64,000 nt of DNA from Macrostomum lignano (lineage: Eukaryota), in NCBI GenBank assembly GCA_002269645.1, contig NIVC01001494.1:142122-206121 (forward strand). The letters are read 5' to 3'. Shown in pieces: positions 58,843-64,000 of the stretch. Under the pieces are notes generated by a model that saw nothing but the letters and a program-made list of their open reading frames with translations, made no database searches and was not told the origin of the DNA. The position numbers and the translations under genes are program-made. Each line of letters begins with the position of its first letter. The stretch's first letter is position 1.

Positions 58843-60159
58843 CGAGGGCTGCTTAATAAGTTCGCGGAAAACCAAACTTATCTTCAAGCGAATCAAACGA
58901 AATTTTATGAACTTTTTTCTTCAGATATTGGCATCTTACACACAATTTTTCAGCCAGTTTGGCCAAAATGTTGCGACGCAGTGGCCGAAGAAGTGATGAA
59001 ACCCCCGCTCCAGTGCTGCGCCTGACTGAGCGCGACAGGCGAGTCGCAATTCTGGTCCAATTCTGGCTTGGCCTGTCTGCCTCCGAATGCTTGCAGACGC
59101 TTCAAAAGGCCCTTGAGAGTGAAGCCCCATCCCAGACGATGGTGTACAAGTGGTTCGGTCGATTCCGCTCCGGCTGTATGGAGCTGGACGATGATGAACG
59201 TGAAGGCCATCCAAATTCGTCCATCTCGGACACGACTATGGCCAGTGTCCAAAAGCTGCTCGATGCAGACCGCCGAGTGACGATTCGGGAAATCAAAAAC
59301 ATGTCGGGATTTTGGATTCAAGCATCATTACTATCTTGCACGATCACCTCGGCATGAGGAAGGTGTCAGCTTGCTGGGTCCCTCATCAACTGAAGCCGGC
59401 TCAGATGCAGGCCCGCGTGGATTTTGCAAACTTCATGCTCGACAAGTTCGACGCAGGCGCCTCAAATTTGGTGGACGGCATCCTCACAGGTGATGAAACG
59501 TGGGTGTACTTTTATGATCCGAGACAAAAGTACAGAGCAAGCAGTGGGTCGCCTTTGAGGAGGATTCGCCCTTGAAATTTCATCGCGAGCGAAGCGTCGG
59601 CAAAGTGATGGCTGCGGTGTTTTTCCGTCGGTGCGGAATTCTGCCGCCTGTTCTGCTCGAGGAGGGAGCCACAGTGACTGGCAGCTGGTACTCCAGTGTC
59701 TGCCTGCCGCAGGTGCTGGAATTCCTGCGTCGAGAGCGGCCAAAGACCAGAGATCGCGGCATTTTCCTGCACCACAACAACGCGCCCGCTCACAGAGCCA
59801 GTGTCACGCAGCAGTTCTTGGCATCAACTGAGCTGACTCTGCTGCCGCATCCGGCCTACTCGCCCGACTCGCGCCTGCAGACTTCTTTCTCTTTCCGAAG
59901 ATCAAGAAAAATCTGAAGGGGAAGCGCTTCGACACTCGTGAGGAGCTGGAACAGGCGTTGAATGCGGAGCTGGAAGCCGTCACAAAGGCGGAATTGAGGG
60001 ACTGCTTTGCGGCGTGGTTTCATCGGATGAAGAAATGCATTGATCTGGCTGGGGACTATGTTGAGAAGTGCCATTAGGTTGGGCTAAGTGTGTGTAAAAT
60101 TTCACGACTGTGCGATAACTATAAGTATGTTTTTCCGCGAACTTATTAAGCAGCCCTCG
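58843..60159 (+). mobile_element. mariner (DD34D) transposon, 1317 bp, transposase disrupted
   Basis: Perfect 29-bp TIRs CGAGGGCTGCTTAATAAGTTCGCGGAAAA (58843-58871 / 60131-60159), TA TSD. Transposase motifs WVPHQL, TGDETW, HHNNA (D>N), YSPD(L)AP.DFFLF; three frameshifts near 59315, 59520, 59870; stop about 60078. Confidence 0.95.
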
Positions 60160-61119
60160 TATGTGCCAATTAATAACATTTGGATAAATAAAAATGAATA
60201 TTTAAAATAAAAATAGTACTTCTTTGTATAGTTTTAACTGATTTTGATTTGAATATTTTAAATGTAAGCAAAAATAAAACAAAGAGTTTTTACTAGAAAA
60301 GCATTTAAAAGCTGCAAGTATTGATTTATTATTTTAACTTTTGTTTAAATTATTATTCTATAATGTAGCATTTTTTAATGCTACTATGCTCTAAGTATAT
60401 TCCCATGCACATGTGACACCTTCCTAAATATAGAGCCTTAGGGTTTATAGAGCCTTAAAGCTTTAGGGTCTAAATATTGAGTTTAGGGTAGGTGCAAAAT
60501 TTGGTGTAATTTGGTTGAGTGGTTTTGGGAGTCTATAGCAATCAAAATTGTACATAGATAGATGCACAGACAGAGTTTTCATTTTTATAAGTATATATTT
60601 TCCATGAAAAAGACTATCTTCTTGACTATAGTCATAAAGACACTCTATTGATGAATGTTCAATGTAGATATTAGCAGACTTTTAATACAAATTGACTCCA
60701 AGTTTTGCTTATCTCCTATTAGCTATCTTTCTTATTATACTTCATACTATCAGAATTGCTATAGCTCTTCTCATATTCTCAATATAGCTAAGAAACTAGT
60801 ATTAATAGGTTTTTGTTTAAGTACAAATATGTCAACAATGTTTATTATTAGGTAACCAACTGGGTCATTCCATGAGAGGGTCCTATCATGTTTTTTGAAC
60901 TTTAAGCACTTGTAACATTTAAGCCATAATAGATAAAACAAAGCTGCAAAAGGCAGGCTATGTCAAACTTCTAGTTTTATATTTTTATATAGCTGCTTAT
61001 GAATTCTAAAACAACCAAACACATAGTAGAGACATAAACAATGTTGACAGTTGTTTGATGATGAAAAACAACTATCATGAGACCTTCTTGTCGAATGATA
61101 CAACTGAATAGTTAACTAG

Positions 61120-61740
61120 TCATTTTGCCCATAAACCATTTCAGCTATGGACATTTTGCCCTAGACTATTTCATATATACTATTTTGCCTATAGACCATT
61201 TTGGCCATGGATCATTTTGCTTCTACTAAGCTAACTGGATTAGTTTGGCCAAGGATTACAAGGAAAATGGTAATAAATACCCAAACTTGGAGAAAGTTGA
61301 TAAATTTTTTAATACTATTCATATTTATAATATATTATATTAATTATATATTTTTATTCTTTTAGCATTCTTGGTTTTATAGTGCTTATAACCAAAACCT
61401 TTTTTATCCTTTGATTAAAATGGCTTATTGCACTTTTGAAAGGAATGACAATCTTAGAAAAAAATTATAATAATACACAACAATTGTAATAAATACAATT
61501 GTAGTAACACAATTATAAGGTTGTGTTTATAGCAATAATTCATATTTTATTACATAATAAAATTAAAAATTAGCATTATAAAGACAGAACTAAAGATACA
61601 TATATAGCTATATTGCTAAATTATATAATACCATTTCAGCTGAAATGCCTATAACCAAACTGGTTTATGGGCAAAACAGACTATGGGCAAAATGGTCTGA
61701 GGGCAAAATGTCCATAGCAAAATAGTTTGAAGGCAAAAAA
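61120..61740. mobile_element. foldback/MITE-like relic with inverted arrays of short subterminal repeats
   Basis: TTTTGCCCATAAACCA, GGACATTTTGCCCT and GACCATTTTG at 61120-61220 recur inverted at 61660-61740. Confidence 0.5.
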
Positions 61741-61763
61741 TTAGAATAACTTGTCATACATTT

Positions 61764-63271
61764 GGGCATTTCCGCCAAATAGGGACACAAATTGTGTCCG
61801 AGTGTGCAAAGAAGAAGAAAAAAGTTGAAAACAGGAAATCTAACTAGAATTTGTTATTAAATTTTTTTTTTATCTTGTAAAAGCACAAGAAATTTTCTGG
61901 TAACAATAAAAGTTGCCAATAAAAGTTATACTGATCTAAGAAGACGATTAATACCGTAGGAGCATAAAATTTTATATTGAGGCGTAATTGCTTGATTATA
62001 ATTAACTTTCTTTCAGTCAATAATTTTTTAATTGTTTCTTAATGCTTTTAATCAACTTTTAATTCAGATTTTGTTATTTTTGCGCATAAGTTCATACGAT
62101 ATTTTTAACTTTGTCAAAATGTTTTTTTCTGCACGATATACCGAACGTAAATCTCTAATTTTACTTTTCAGTAACTAGCCGATCACCGTAATTATTCAGA
62201 AGTTCCAGTGCAACTTTGCAAGCAGCAAGAAATGCATATGCTTCCACAATCTAGAGAAAGTTTTTCTGAAGCAATATTACAAGTAAATGTGGGGAAAATT
62301 GATTTAGTACTATGTAAATTAATATCTACATACTATAGTGCAAAATGTAAATTACATTTTTATTGATAAATAAACAAGAAATTAATGTGAAACTGTTTTA
62401 TTTTCCAGCTTTTATACTTAATGATAGTCTTGTAAGACTGATTTTGAGAAAAAAACTAGCGAAAAATAAAATAAAGGGTACAACATGAAAATACATCTCG
62501 TGTAAGTAGTGTGCTTACTACATTTAAATGTTAATATTTAAGGTATTTTGATAGATTAAGGTTCAGCAGACCACTTTTTGTGAAGCTCTGTATGTCGGCA
62601 ATCCATAAATATATCGTTTTCAGCTAATGAAAAGCACTAAAAAAAATTATTGGGTACAACATGAGTACAATCTTGTGGTTAAGATGTCACATCGAAAAAA
62701 AAATTAATGTCTTAGAAAAATGTATTAAGCAAATGTTATTGCTAAAAAATATACTGATACATCATCGCAAAGATGTTTTCCTTCATTTAAGCTAAAAAAC
62801 ATGTAGATTGAAAGCCTTATGAGTAAATGAGAGGGTACAACATGAGTACAAATGATACAAAAACTTACCGTTTATAATTTTTGGTATAGCAAGAAAACTG
62901 ACAAAAATCAATGACTTCTTGCAGGTGTTGTGACGAAAAGGAATGATTTTAACAAAGTTTAATGTGTTTTTTTTATGAAACAAAGAGAATAACTATCAAG
63001 AATGTTTTTTTCGCTCTTTTATTCAATGTTGAAGTTAAAAATTGTGTGTTTGGACATCCAAAAAAGTGCGTCTACGTAAGTTTAAAATGGTTTATTCAAC
63101 ATTAATTTTGCGATTAACAATCTTTAAATAGCTTTAAATTGAGCAAAAAGTGGTTGTATTTTACAGTTTAAGTCCTTGTTTGACTTCAATTAGCTGGCTT
63201 AAGCTACAATTCATCATTTTCTGTTTGTTGAAGTGTAATTTTCCGATAGTGCCTAATTGGCGGAAATGCCC
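61764..63271. mobile_element. non-autonomous TIR element, possibly Sola2-like
   Basis: GGGCATTTCCGCCAA(A/T)TAGG(G/C)AC TIRs, 4-bp TSD ATTT (61760-61763 / 63272-63275), AT-rich non-coding interior. Confidence 0.65.
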
Positions 63272-63471
63272 ATTTGTTAATTTGATCAAATTATTTGCTA
63301 ATCAAAAATAAATTAGAACAAGCAGAACCTCAAAATACAAATTACTATAATCTGGCTAGAATTAAAAATAAAGAAAATGTTTGTACAATAAATATATTAA
63401 TACGCAGATAAGAAAATATGTTAATATCTATATATTTAAATTTGTTAGTGAAATAAACTTGCATTACTCAC

Positions 63472-63507
63472 CATGAAAAATACAACAGAAGAAAATTAAA
63501 AGAAATT
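63472..63507 (-). CDS. candidate 36-nt signal-peptide exon of the Ly6 gene
   Basis: ctgtttttcgcag acceptor and GTGAGT donor, phase 1-1; encodes FLLIFFCCIFH and joins in frame to A-DAIKCYEC. Confidence 0.4.
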
Positions 63508-64000
63508 CTGCGAAAAACAGTTTTTGAGAGGTACATTTGTTAAGAAATCAATGCAGAGCCGTGACACTTGTAAAAAAGTTTGCTACTATTCGCCTGCTAC
63601 TAAATATTAGCGGCTGTTCAGTTGTCAAGATAGACTTTACGTTTTATAATTATTTATACTAAAAGCACTTCCGTAGTTTTCTTCCTAAGAAAGCCTTTTT
63701 GAAACATCGCGCTATAAAAAAATAAAACAATTTTTGATAGTTTTTTAAACGGTTCTTTCGAAGTTATGACATAAAGTTTCTGCTTTAGTATTTAAAAAAG
63801 AAATAAAGATCCAGAATTACACAAAAACGCTACATTTATTCAAGCTTTTGAATAGCAAAAAAAGGGGCGATAATACAATATAGGTCAGTTATTAAAATTA
63901 TATATCTAGCATAGAAAATAACTGGTACGCGAGGACACAGGCGTTTTTTTCAAGTCAATAAGTGCGCTTGAAAATCTATCTATCTATAATAATTATACAT

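Noticed and set aside
1-64000. tRNA, rRNA or SL RNA genes
   Set aside because: No recognisable sequence or structure seen by eye; a tRNAscan/Infernal run would be needed to exclude them formally.

Overview
Eukaryotic (metazoan) genomic DNA. GC-rich coding exons with GT-AG introns, a minisatellite in almost every intron, and two AT-rich blocks (about 4.4-9.8 kb and 57-64 kb) carrying DNA transposons. This style suggests a free-living flatworm such as Macrostomum; that is inference, not proof. Genes supported: ARL5 (-), heparan-sulfate 6-O-sulfotransferase (+, 2 exons), full-length Tolloid/BMP1 (-, 14 coding exons; astacin-CUB-CUB-EGF-CUB-EGF-CUB-CUB), an orphan 2-TM Cys-rich small protein (+), Tbx2/3 (omb-like, -) and a GPI-type Ly6/uPAR protein (-). 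Mobile elements: a mariner copy with perfect 29-bp TIRs, a 998-bp solo LTR inserted into a minisatellite, and three non-autonomous TIR elements. Most long ORFs in the supplied track are translations of tandem repeats. Top observations: (1) the head-to-head ARL5 and HS6ST genes both lack their own start codon and both begin at a phase-0 splice acceptor, as expected if a spliced-leader 3' AUG (known in flatworms) supplies Met1; (2) Tolloid splice sites are themselves tandemly amplified (six in-frame acceptors, and two donor arrays whose extra copies are all unproductive); (3) the solo LTR is a dense MEF2/CRE/AP-1/kB/TATA cassette; (4) Tbx2/3 intron 1 holds about 60 near-T-box half-sites. Gene coordinates and junctions were read by eye; repeat boundaries and copy numbers are approximate.
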